Source: an uncultured Veillonella sp.
GTDB lineage: Bacteria; Bacillota; Negativicutes; Veillonellales; Veillonellaceae
NCBI RefSeq assembly: GCF_937981445.1
Contig: NZ_CALJON010000008.1
Span: 124,442-188,441 of the forward strand
DNA length: 64,000 nucleotides
Direction of reading: 5' to 3'
Part shown: positions 44,036-52,867 of the stretch, piece by piece
Layout: the number at the start of each line of letters is the position of its first letter
Numbering within the stretch: position 1 is the first letter of the stretch
Notes under the pieces: model-generated
The model's input: only the letters and a program-made list of their open reading frames with translations
What the model was told of the DNA's origin: nothing
Database searches by the model: none
Position numbers and translations under genes: made by a program

Positions 44036-44791
44036 TTAACCTGCATAGTATGTATAATCTGGCAAAAGTCCGTATTTATTAGGCCCCGGATTACTTGGCA
44101 AGAACATAAATACTAAAATAGCAATACTCAAAAGTGGCACAAAACTAATCAAGAGCCACCAACCAGAGCGCCCCGTATCATGTAAACGACGTACTGTAAC
44201 CCCTAAATAAGGCAATAAAAATGCCAAATTAAGTAGACCCGCCGCAGCATAGGAAATAATGAAATTATCAAAAATGAGACCAATTAATGTAATAATCAAC
44301 AAACTCACTACGCTATTAGCCAAGGCAAAGCGCCAATATTCACCGCGTGTAGCCCGTCCTGTAAAGGATGCATATTTCTTGGTCATGCACATTTTAAAAT
44401 TAGGAATCAGCGCCAAGCAACCTACCCAATTAGGTGGATATTGTCCATAGGCACCGGCCTGTGGACTCCCATTCATGCCCCCATTTATAGGTGCATTACC
44501 TTGCATTGGGGTTACTTGTGCTGGTCGATTTTGGCCAGGAGTAGGCATGGGTTGAACTGCCCCTGGTTGACCTAGTCCCATAGGAGCACCCGTGGGTTGC
44601 ATAGGACGGGGGCTATGAGCCTGATTTGCCATTGGCGTTGCTTGAGCCGGTCTAGGAGGCGCCGGTGGTACAACCCTACCTACTCCAGGGCCGGCATTAG
44701 ATGCCCCTGTAGTTTGTTTAAATTGATTGCCACAAGCAGGGCAAAACTTAGTGCCCTCAGCAACTTGTTTTCCACATTGATTACAAAACAT
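44036..44791 (-). CDS. Zinc-ribbon / Pro-rich linker / DUF805-type membrane protein
   Basis: The ORF track starts at a GTG (44800); the ATG at 44791 has GAGGAG 8 nt upstream. MFCNQCGKQ..FCPACG; GRATRGEYWRF ... RRLHDTGRSGWW. Confidence 0.8.
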   Translation of the reverse strand: MFCNQCGKQVAEGTKFCPACGNQFKQTTGASNAGPGVGRVVPPAPPRPAQATPMANQAHSPRPMQPTGAPMGLGQPGAVQPMPTPGQNRPAQVTPMQGNAPINGGMNGSPQAGAYGQYPPNWVGCLALIPNFKMCMTKKYASFTGRATRGEYWRFALANSVVSLLIITLIGLIFDNFIISYAAAGLLNLAFLLPYLGVTVRRLHDTGRSGWWLLISFVPLLSIAILVFMFLPSNPGPNKYGLLPDYTYYAG

Positions 44792-44807
44792 GTATATCAC
44801 TCCTCTA

Positions 44808-45980
44808 CTACCAGCTTAGATTATTCTTTAACTTCATCGTAAGCACATGACGCACCGCATCATCAAGGCGCTCTTTGGAGATCTCCCCATTGCGCACGGC
44901 TTTTAAAATCGCATTATATCCTTCAATAGCATGGTCATATTCCTGTCCAATGAGAACAATATCAGCTCCTGCTTGGATAGTTTTTACACTCATTTCGCCA
45001 AAGCTGTAATGATTAGCTACGGCGCCCATTTCCATGTCATCAGTAATAATAACACCCTTATAGCCTAACTGCTTGCGAAGTATATCCTGCATAATTATTT
45101 TAGATAAGCTAGCTGGTGCCTCACTATCAAGCCCCGTATAAGTAGCATGACTTACCATCACCATGTAGTCATTATTGTCTACAGATTTAATCATTTCTTC
45201 AAATGGTTTTAAATCCGTTGCCCACATATCTTCTGCTGTAACATCTAACACATTACCCTCTTTATGAAGATCTGTAACGGTACGTCCAATACCAGGAAAA
45301 TGTTTGAGCGAATAAATAAGCCCCGCTTCATGATAAGACTGCCCTACAGCTTTTACGAAAGGTATTACACTCTCTGCATCAGTACCATAGGAGCGTTTAT
45401 CGCCAAGGCCTATATCAGCCACCGGTGCAAAATTTATATTAAAACCTAACGCTTTTAATTCTTTGCCACTCGTACTCGCTAACTCAGCGGCCTTACTGAC
45501 CTCCCCTTGGCCAAGAATTTCTGCGGCTGGCACATTCGTGAGTTCCTCACTCATGCGTTCTACTAGGCCCCCTTCTTGGTCAACAGCTACAAAGAGCGGT
45601 ACTTTTTCACTTTGCCGTGCTGTTTTTTGCAAATCCTTGATGAGCTCAGACACTTGTGTCTTTGATTCCATATTGCGGTCAAATAAAATGACCCCACCCA
45701 TCTTGTATTCACTGAGCATATAGGCTACATCATCACTTACTTTAGTGCCTTGCATGCCAAATAAAATGAGCTGCCCCACTTTATCTGCATCACTCATAGA
45801 TTCCATTAAGGCATCTACTTTTTGCTCCGCTGTAAGCTCTTGTTTTTGCCAAATCTCTTCCTTAGGCGCTTCCGATGTGGCCTTGCCACAGCCTACTAAG
45901 CCCAACACTAAACCCGTTAATAAAGCAAGGCTTAGGACCTTGCGCACCGGTCCCTGCCAAAATTTAAATCTCTTCATCAA
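44808..45980 (-). CDS. Glycoside hydrolase family 3 lipoprotein (NagZ-like beta-N-acetylhexosaminidase)
   Basis: 390 aa. Lipobox LVGCGK. GH3 motifs VILFDRN, AVDQEGG and KHFPGIGRTVTDLH. Confidence 0.85.
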   Translation of the reverse strand: MMKRFKFWQGPVRKVLSLALLTGLVLGLVGCGKATSEAPKEEIWQKQELTAEQKVDALMESMSDADKVGQLILFGMQGTKVSDDVAYMLSEYKMGGVILFDRNMESKTQVSELIKDLQKTARQSEKVPLFVAVDQEGGLVERMSEELTNVPAAEILGQGEVSKAAELASTSGKELKALGFNINFAPVADIGLGDKRSYGTDAESVIPFVKAVGQSYHEAGLIYSLKHFPGIGRTVTDLHKEGNVLDVTAEDMWATDLKPFEEMIKSVDNNDYMVMVSHATYTGLDSEAPASLSKIIMQDILRKQLGYKGVIITDDMEMGAVANHYSFGEMSVKTIQAGADIVLIGQEYDHAIEGYNAILKAVRNGEISKERLDDAVRHVLTMKLKNNLSW

Positions 45981-45994
45981 TTAACTCCAACCTC

Positions 45995-47392
45995 CTATAG
46001 TTGTCTTGCTTCAATGCTATCAATAAGCCAACGGTTATTTACTTTTACCATCGTAGCTTGTCCTGTAAAGGATCGTTTTACTGTACCACTGCCTTCATAA
46101 TCTGTAGCATGAAGAACGAAGTTAATTACGATTTGATTATTATTTTGAGACACCACATTCATGGAGTCCACGACACTTTCCTTAGTCGTAGCAAAGCCGC
46201 TGGCCCAAGCATTTACATCGCCAGCTTGGTTTTTAAATTGATCTGTAAATTGATTATATGCTGCTGTATAATTACGAGCTGTAATATATTGATGATATTG
46301 ATTAAATGCGCGCTGTGCCTGTTCTGCATCCACCTTGAGAGGGTCTGGCTTAGGTGCTGGCGTAGCAGTTTGCACTGGCGTAGGCGTTGCTGTTTTCCCC
46401 TTTGGCTCCGTTTTTGATGTATCACGCTTATGTGAATCCGTATCGCGACTATCCTCATAGGTATATTCATCAAAAATACCATATTCGTCCCCAAAGCTAT
46501 TACTTGCACTCATGAAACTACTGAACATAAGCATCCATGACGAGCCCCATAATACAAAAACTAAAATGATGGCAACAATAATATGGACTTTGTCATTGCG
46601 CTCATATAGTTTACGTCCCTGTGGTCCCTGACCACCTGGTATACCGCCTTGTGGACCCCCTTGAGCAGGCATGCCTTGCTCTGGTAATGGCCCTTGACCT
46701 GGTTGGAAGCGCTGACCTCCTTGAGGACCCACCGGTTGCCCCTGTTGACCACGTTGAGGACCTACTGGTGGCTGTCCCCCTTGTACAGAGCTAGCACCAT
46801 TTGTATGCGCCGACTGAATAGGCGGTATTGGAGGTGTTGGAGGCACTGGTGGTACAGGAGGCATTGGAATCCCTGTAGAAGAATCCTTATCTCCTGCTGC
46901 CTGCACTGATGCCGACTTTTCAGCCGATGCTGTAACGGCCCCTGCTTTAGAATCTGAACCAGCCCCTGTGGTAGAAGCGGAACCAGCCCCTGCAGTAGAA
47001 GCGGAACCAGCCTCTGCAGTAGAAGCGGAACCAGCTTCTGATTTCATATTAGATGCTACAGATGATGCCCCGTCGACTGTGCTATCTGTCTTTACGTCTG
47101 ATACTGTAGCTACTCTGCCCTCTGCACTAGCCTGTGATGACAAGCCTGTATCGGCAGTTGAAGATGTGCCAACACACCCCTCTGGTGATGTAGTTGTACT
47201 AGCCGATGATGGAGTAGCGGTACTGACCGCTGATGCTGTAGTCGCACTAGCCGATGATGCTGTAGCTCCACTAGTTGATGATGCTGCATCTAAACTGGTA
47301 GCACCTGCTACGGCTTCATTGACTAAGTTACCTCCACATTGACTACAAAATTTCCCCTGCGGCTGTTCATGGCCACATGACTTACATTTCAT
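45995..47392 (-). CDS. Zinc-ribbon / S,T,A-rich and Pro-rich linker / single-TM protein with a C-terminal globular domain
   Basis: The ORF track starts at a GTG (47401); the ATG at 47392 has GGAAGGAG 8 nt upstream. MKCKSCGHE..FCSQCG; 24-nt repeats (EAGSASTA); PPVPPVPPTPPIPP; TM IIVAIILVFVLWGSSWMLMF; C-terminal domain of about 110 aa. Confidence 0.8.
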   Translation of the reverse strand: MKCKSCGHEQPQGKFCSQCGGNLVNEAVAGATSLDAASSTSGATASSASATTASAVSTATPSSASTTTSPEGCVGTSSTADTGLSSQASAEGRVATVSDVKTDSTVDGASSVASNMKSEAGSASTAEAGSASTAGAGSASTTGAGSDSKAGAVTASAEKSASVQAAGDKDSSTGIPMPPVPPVPPTPPIPPIQSAHTNGASSVQGGQPPVGPQRGQQGQPVGPQGGQRFQPGQGPLPEQGMPAQGGPQGGIPGGQGPQGRKLYERNDKVHIIVAIILVFVLWGSSWMLMFSSFMSASNSFGDEYGIFDEYTYEDSRDTDSHKRDTSKTEPKGKTATPTPVQTATPAPKPDPLKVDAEQAQRAFNQYHQYITARNYTAAYNQFTDQFKNQAGDVNAWASGFATTKESVVDSMNVVSQNNNQIVINFVLHATDYEGSGTVKRSFTGQATMVKVNNRWLIDSIEARQL

Positions 47393-47431
47393 ACCAAACA
47401 CTCCTTCCTAACACTGCTATGATGAAATGAT

Positions 47432-47499
47432 TATTTTATTTCCATTCCTATTTTATTTCCATTCCTATTTTATTTCTATTTTACTTCTATTTTACTTCC
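47432..47499. repeat. Tandem array of 17-nt x2 then 11-nt x3 (TATTTTATTTCCATTCC / TATTTTACTTC)
   Basis: Units start at 47432, 47449, 47466, 47477 and 47488. The stop codon and last 4 codons of the 47487-48458 gene lie inside the last units. Confidence 0.85.
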
Positions 47500-48458
47500 T
47501 TAACATAATATGTATAATCTGGCAAAGGTCCATATTGATTACTAAATCGCTGACTTTTCCTCAAACAAAGGAGCAAAAATATAAAGGACATAACATCAGC
47601 CACTATGAGTAGAGGCAATAAAAGTTGTCCCGCTTCATTAGGCCCTATCAAAAAGCTAATAACACGACTCGGTATTTCTAGTAAAATCCAAAAAGCACTC
47701 ATCCCCGAATCATGGAGTCGTCTAATGCCAGCACTAAGAACGGGAATCGTAAAGATAAAAATCATGCCATAATATACTATATCTAGTAAGGGATCTGATT
47801 TTAATAATAAAGCCCCCACTTCAACTAACACGGACAAAGTTAAAATGACTAAAATAAATCGAAAATACTCCGCTCGCGTCATCCGTCCTGAAATATCGTT
47901 AAATTTAGACGTCATAGACTCTTTAAACACCGACCAGATATCAAGTGAGCCTACCCATGGTCCCATTTGCCACTCATAGAGAGGATATCCATATGGTGGA
48001 CCCCCTGGAGGCATCATCCCATAAGGGGGATAGCCATTGGGTGGCGTCCCATATGGGGAAGCTCCACTAGGCGGCATTCCATTAGGAAAATACCCATTTG
48101 ACTGTGTCCCATATGGTGAGGCTCCATTAGGCGGCATTCCATAAGGGGAATAGCCATTAGGTGGTGTCCCATATGGCGAAGCTCCATTAGGTGGCGTTCC
48201 ATAAGGGGAATAGCCATTAGGTGGTGTCCCATATGGCGAAGCTCCATTAGGTGGCGTGCCATACGGCTGATGTCCATCTGGTGGCGCCCCATAGGGTACC
48301 TGCCCCGTCTGTTCAGATTCAGCACCAGTAAATGCTTCGTCACTCTTTGCCTGCGCGGTCGACCCTGCATCTTTATGTTTCTTTACCACGGGACGCCCAC
48401 AGCGAGGACAGAATTTACCATCCTGAGGAATTTCATGTCCACAATAAATACAAAACAT
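47487..48458 (-). CDS. Zinc-ribbon / (PPNGxSPYGT)n linker / DUF805-type membrane protein
   Basis: MFCIYCGHE..FCPRCG; about 9 decapeptide repeats; GRMTRAEYFRF ... RRLHDSGMSAFW. TAGGAGG RBS. Confidence 0.8.
   Translation of the reverse strand: MFCIYCGHEIPQDGKFCPRCGRPVVKKHKDAGSTAQAKSDEAFTGAESEQTGQVPYGAPPDGHQPYGTPPNGASPYGTPPNGYSPYGTPPNGASPYGTPPNGYSPYGMPPNGASPYGTQSNGYFPNGMPPSGASPYGTPPNGYPPYGMMPPGGPPYGYPLYEWQMGPWVGSLDIWSVFKESMTSKFNDISGRMTRAEYFRFILVILTLSVLVEVGALLLKSDPLLDIVYYGMIFIFTIPVLSAGIRRLHDSGMSAFWILLEIPSRVISFLIGPNEAGQLLLPLLIVADVMSFIFLLLCLRKSQRFSNQYGPLPDYTYYVKEVK
48010..48290. repeat. In-gene 60-nt tandem repeat, about 4.5 copies, two of them nearly identical
   Basis: The sequence rows 48121, 48181 and 48241 align column by column with a period of exactly 60 nt, encoding PPNGASPYGTPPNGYSPYGT. 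Confidence 0.9.
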
Positions 48459-48468
48459 TGTATTCCTC

Positions 48469-49041
48469 CTATTCTTCTATAAAAACCCCTAGTACTGCGA
48501 GGGCTATAATACAAATAATGATAAGAAATGCAATCCACCCTGAGTCATTGCGCCTATATATAGGGCGAAATGAATTAGACCCAGGCGCTTGGGTATTTTG
48601 CCAAGGCTGCCATGGCTGTCCTGATGGCTGCATTGGTTGCAACCCTTGTTGTCCTTGTTGAACTCTTGATGATTGTTCTGCTGACTGCGCAGAATAAGGG
48701 TTGTGATGCCTCTGATTCTCTACTGCAGGGTCTTCTGTTGAATTTTCTATATTTGAATGTTCTGTACTAGAATTCGCTCTATATAAGTTCTCTGTATTGG
48801 AGTTCTCTGCATTTGAATTCTCTGTATTAGAACTCTCTATATTTGAGCTTTCAGTATTGAAGTTTTCAGTATTGGAGTTTTCTATACGTAAATCGTCCGC
48901 CCCATCCGCTTCCATCCATTCATCATGAGTGGGTACTGATTCGCTGGTAGGACTAATTTCTGGTTCACCATGCAGTACTTGCCCGCAGCGATTACAAAAC
49001 CGCTCTCTTTCATCCTTACTTCCACAATTTGGACAATCCAT
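48469..49041 (-). CDS. Zinc-ribbon / (NSNTE)n linker / C-terminal single-TM protein
   Basis: The ORF track starts at 49056. The ATG at 49041 gives MDCPNCGSK..FCNRCG, parallel to the paralogs. 15-nt repeats encode N(S/T)(E/N)N(S/F)-type pentapeptides. C-terminal TM WIAFLIIICIIALAVLGVFI. Confidence 0.75.
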   Translation of the reverse strand: MDCPNCGSKDERERFCNRCGQVLHGEPEISPTSESVPTHDEWMEADGADDLRIENSNTENFNTESSNIESSNTENSNAENSNTENLYRANSSTEHSNIENSTEDPAVENQRHHNPYSAQSAEQSSRVQQGQQGLQPMQPSGQPWQPWQNTQAPGSNSFRPIYRRNDSGWIAFLIIICIIALAVLGVFIEE

Positions 49042-49254
49042 AATCTCCCCCCTCATCGATTCCTATATCTTTATAAAAAGCTTATACTGTATAAATACCA
49101 TATGGAGTAGTAAAACTCCTCTTAATCTGCTTATATTAGCAAAAATTAGTCACAATAATGCCAAATTTAGCTTCAATAAATGTTAAAATTTCATTTTATT
49201 TTTATACTTTCTATTATACCTAAATTGTTGATAAAAATCTTCAAAAAAATATAT

Positions 49255-49306
49255 AAAAGCTGTAACAGAATGAATCCTATGCCCTTCATTTTGTTACAGC
49301 TTTTTT
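49255..49306. terminator. Hairpin terminator between leuB and the zinc-ribbon cluster
   Basis: AAAAGCTGTAACA-24 nt-TGTTACAGCTTTTTT. Confidence 0.7.
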
Positions 49307-49370
49307 CATGCGTTTCTCTTATTTTTTATTTTTCTTTTTTACGGACTTAAGAGCAGAAAAATGGCTCCAT

Positions 49371-49530
49371 CACTTAAGCTATATACTTAAACCATACACT
49401 TAAACTATATACATAGACCACATACTCAGGCTATATACTTAGACCACATACTTAGGCTATACAATTAAGCTCTACACTTAAACTAAACTATAAACTTAGG
49501 CCATACAATTAGGCTCTACAATTAAGCCAT
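49371..49530. repeat. Degenerate 13-nt tandem array, about 12 copies (CTTAGGCTATACA-like)
   Basis: CTTAAACCATACA CTTAAACTATATACA TAGACCACATA CTCAGGCTATATA CTTAGACCACATA CTTAGGCTATACA ATTAAGCTCTACA and further copies. The last copy contains the leuB stop codon (49522). Confidence 0.8.
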
Positions 49531-50598
49531 ATATTGTATGACCGCCTGTGTCATACCTTCTGTATTTACTTTAATCATCCCTGGCTTATATATATCTCCG
49601 GTTCGATAGCCTGCTTCCAAAGCTTTTTCTACAGCCCTTTCAATAGTATCTGCGGCCGTGCTAGCCCCTAAGGAGTAGCGACAAAGCATGGCTGCCGATA
49701 AAATGGTGCCCAATGGATTGGCAATGCCCTGTCCTGCAATATCTGGAGCAGAACCATGAATTGGTTCATATAAAGCTGTGCCCGTTCCCATAGAAGCAGA
49801 TGGCAATACGCCTAGTGAGCCAGATACTACTGCGCCTTCATCACTTAAAATATCACCAAATAAATTTGTCGTCACAATCACATCAAATTGTGCTGGATTT
49901 ACAACTAATTGCATGGCCGTATTATCTACATATAAATAATCCATAGTAATATCTTGATTAGCCTCAGCCTTTTCTTGCGCAATAGTGCGCCATAATCTAG
50001 ATGAGGCCAATACATTGGCTTTATCTACACTAGTAACATGGCCCTTGCGCTTACGAGCCGTTTCTATGGCTACGTCCATAATGCGTTCCACTTCATACCG
50101 TGCATAGGTCTCCTTATCCCACGCTGCCTCATTCGGCCCCGCACCACTTGCTTCAGAGCGCTCGCCAAAATAAATGCCCCCAGTCAATTCGCGAACAATC
50201 ACGAAATCTACAGCCTGCACTAACTCAGCCTTTAATGGAGAGTATTCCCGAAGGGAGGGGAAAATTTTGACTGGTCGTAAATTACAAAATAAACCTAAGG
50301 CTTTACGAAGACCTAAAATAGCTTGCTCCGGACGTAAGTGAGGGGCCACAGTATCCCATTTAGGCCCGCCCACAGCACCGAGCAACACTGCATCTGCATT
50401 GTTACAAGCTTCAATAGTATCCTTTGGTAAGGGTTCCCCATAGGCATCAAGGGCTGCACCACCAGCCTTTTTTTCAATCCAGTTTACTGTAATTCCTTCC
50501 TTAGCCAAGGCGGCATCCATAACTTGACGTGCGGCATAAACAATTTCACTGCCAATGCCATCACCATCAATGGCCACTACCGCTTTATGTATACTCAT
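49522..50598 (-). CDS. leuB: 3-isopropylmalate dehydrogenase
   Basis: The ORF track starts at 50634; the ATG at 50598 (MSIHKAVVAIDGDGIG) follows AGAGGAA. NLFGDILSDE motif. Confidence 0.95.
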   Translation of the reverse strand: MSIHKAVVAIDGDGIGSEIVYAARQVMDAALAKEGITVNWIEKKAGGAALDAYGEPLPKDTIEACNNADAVLLGAVGGPKWDTVAPHLRPEQAILGLRKALGLFCNLRPVKIFPSLREYSPLKAELVQAVDFVIVRELTGGIYFGERSEASGAGPNEAAWDKETYARYEVERIMDVAIETARKRKGHVTSVDKANVLASSRLWRTIAQEKAEANQDITMDYLYVDNTAMQLVVNPAQFDVIVTTNLFGDILSDEGAVVSGSLGVLPSASMGTGTALYEPIHGSAPDIAGQGIANPLGTILSAAMLCRYSLGASTAADTIERAVEKALEAGYRTGDIYKPGMIKVNTEGMTQAVIQYMA

Positions 50599-50702
50599 AA
50601 GCCATTCCTCTATTCTCTCTAATTTCTCAAACACTTTAGTTCTATCGCTTTAACACTAGGCTTTAATTCTAAGCCCTAATTATTCTTTTAATGATCCTGT
50701 AC

Positions 50703-51191
50703 TTATGCTCGCTCCTTCGCAAAATTAACTAAGCCCCCAGCTTTTGCAATGTTTTGGATAAATGGCGGCAAGGCCGTGCCCTCATATATCTCTCCAGTAC
50801 TTATATTGTGAACTTTACCTGCCCCTAATTCGACACCAATCCTATGATCAGGCGCTATCCGATTCACAGCGTCACCAATTTCAATGACCGGAAGACCTAT
50901 ATTAATGGCATTACGGAAAAAAATCCGCGCAAAGCTGTGCGCAATAATGCAAGGCACACCATTCGCTTTAATAACAGCTGGTGCATGCTCCCGTGATGAA
51001 CCACAGCCAAAATTTTTACCTGCCACCATAATATCACCAGCTTCAACTTGTTGAGCAAAGCTTGTATCAATATCTTCCATTGCATGAGTGGCTAATTCTG
51101 TCATATCAGCAATAGCTAAATAACGCGCTGGAATAATTACATCTGTATCTACATTGTCGCCATAGCGCCAAATTTTACCTTCAAAATCCAT
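50703..51191 (-). CDS. leuD: 3-isopropylmalate dehydratase small subunit
   Basis: 162 aa. GKNFGCGSSREHA motif. Confidence 0.95.
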   Translation of the reverse strand: MDFEGKIWRYGDNVDTDVIIPARYLAIADMTELATHAMEDIDTSFAQQVEAGDIMVAGKNFGCGSSREHAPAVIKANGVPCIIAHSFARIFFRNAINIGLPVIEIGDAVNRIAPDHRIGVELGAGKVHNISTGEIYEGTALPPFIQNIAKAGGLVNFAKERA

Positions 51192-51391
51192 AGGTCCTCC
51201 TTATACTCTGCTATTACAACCTAATCCCCTACTATTACAACCTATTTTCACATCTAGCCCCTACATCTTTTACTATCTAACGCTACCCAGTCTTCTCGCC
51301 CCCAAAGCAATCCATATCTCTACACTCTAAATATAGCCCCATCAAATGCCCCATAGCATCAAGTTCTTCAATACACTCCCATATATATTCG

Positions 51392-52660
51392 TTAATGCGC
51401 CCCAACCTCTTCAGGTCCTGCAATGCGTCCAAGTATAGCGCTCGCCGCCGCCACATAAGGGCTAGCTAAATAGACTTCGCTATCCACATGACCCATGCGC
51501 CCTCTAAAATTACGATTCGTCGTTGATACAGTTCGTTCGCCCGCTGCCATAATCCCCATATAGCCCCCCAAGCAAGGGCCACAAGTAGGCGTGCTCACAG
51601 CACAACCAGCGGCTACAAAAATATCGACTAAGCCAGATTTAATCGCTTGATCATACACAGCTTGACTTCCTGGCACTACGATACAGCGTACAAAATCGGC
51701 CACCTTTTTACCTTTAAAAATAGAAGCTGCAGCCTCTAAATCTTCATAGCGCCCATTAGTACAGGAACCTATAACCACCTGGTCAATGGTAATATCTTTA
51801 GCGATTTCATTAATATAATGTGTATTTGATGGCAAATGTGGAAACGCCACTACAGGCTGCAAGGCCCCAAGATCTATAATAATATGCTCGCAATATACCG
51901 CATCAGGATCTGCTTCAAGAGGCGTGAACTGCCTTGTTACACGGCCTGTAACATACTCTTCTGTCACCGCATCATAAGGAAAGACGCCACATTTACCACC
52001 CGCTTCAATCGCCATATTGCAGATTGTTAGACGATCGGCCATGGTCATATGGGCCACGCCAGAGCCAGTAAACTCTAAGGCTTTATAGCGAGCCCCATCA
52101 ACGCCGATTCGACCAATCAACTCAAGAACAATGTCCTTGCCCGTTACCCAACGATTGGGCTGCCCCACAAGTTCCACTTTAATGGTCTCAGGTACTTTGA
52201 ACCAAGTCTTCCCCATAGCCATAGCCACTCCTGCATCAGTAGAACCTACACCAGTAGCAAAAGCACCGAGCGCACCATATGTGCAAGTATGAGAATCCGC
52301 CCCGATAATCATATCCCCAGGAGCTACTAGGCCCTGTTCAGGCAATAATACATGTTCGATTCCCATGCGACCTACTTCAAAATAATGAGTAATGCCTGTT
52401 TCTCTTACAAAATCACGCATTATTTTAGCTTGCTCCGCTGATTTAATATCCTTATTAGGTGTAAAATGATCTGGTACTAAATAAATCCGTTCTGTATCAA
52501 ATACAGGCTTACCAATTTTTCTAAACTCCTTAAGTGCTGGTGGGAATGTAATATCATTCATCAAAATAGCATCTAATTGACACTCTACAATCTGTCCCGC
52601 TTTTACTTCTGCCACGCCTGCATGACGGGCCATATTCTTCTCTGTTATCGTCATTCCCAT
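51392..52660 (-). CDS. leuC: 3-isopropylmalate dehydratase large subunit
   Basis: The ORF track starts at 52720; the ATG at 52660 has GAGGAGG 8 nt upstream. Aconitase-type cysteines [15 protein letters not shown] and CGPCLG. Confidence 0.95.
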   Translation of the reverse strand: MGMTITEKNMARHAGVAEVKAGQIVECQLDAILMNDITFPPALKEFRKIGKPVFDTERIYLVPDHFTPNKDIKSAEQAKIMRDFVRETGITHYFEVGRMGIEHVLLPEQGLVAPGDMIIGADSHTCTYGALGAFATGVGSTDAGVAMAMGKTWFKVPETIKVELVGQPNRWVTGKDIVLELIGRIGVDGARYKALEFTGSGVAHMTMADRLTICNMAIEAGGKCGVFPYDAVTEEYVTGRVTRQFTPLEADPDAVYCEHIIIDLGALQPVVAFPHLPSNTHYINEIAKDITIDQVVIGSCTNGRYEDLEAAASIFKGKKVADFVRCIVVPGSQAVYDQAIKSGLVDIFVAAGCAVSTPTCGPCLGGYMGIMAAGERTVSTTNRNFRGRMGHVDSEVYLASPYVAAASAILGRIAGPEEVGAH

Positions 52661-52736
52661 AACAATAGCCTCCTCGAACTTTCTCTTTTCCCTCTTTTTA
52701 TTTAAAAATTGCCTATTCATCTCATTAGCTTACGAA

Positions 52737-52866
52737 ATAACACCTATTTTAATATCTAGAAGTGTAAACAAGTACCTCATCAGTCTTAAGATGTAACACC
52801 TATCTTAGTATCTAAAAGTGTAAACAAGTATCTCATCAGCTTAAAATGTAACACGCATCGTATCAG
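52737..52866. repeat. Direct repeat of about 57 nt, 2.3 copies, in the leuA-leuC intercistronic spacer
   Basis: AACACCTATTTTAATATCTAGAAGTGTAAACAAGTACCTCATCAGTCTTAAGATGT / AACACCTATCTTAGTATCTAAAAGTGTAAACAAGTATCTCATCAGCTTAAAATGT / AACACGCATCGTATCAG. Confidence 0.85.
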
Positions 52867-52867
52867 T

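Noticed and set aside
43489-48370. Alternative-frame and antisense ORFs inside the zinc-ribbon genes (43489-43719, 43529-43711, 46001-46417, 46213-46509, 46694-46909, 46968-47342, 48014-48370)
   Set aside because: They are generated by in-frame DNA repeats that stay open in several frames. The zinc-ribbon/TM frames have RBSs and conserved motifs; these do not.
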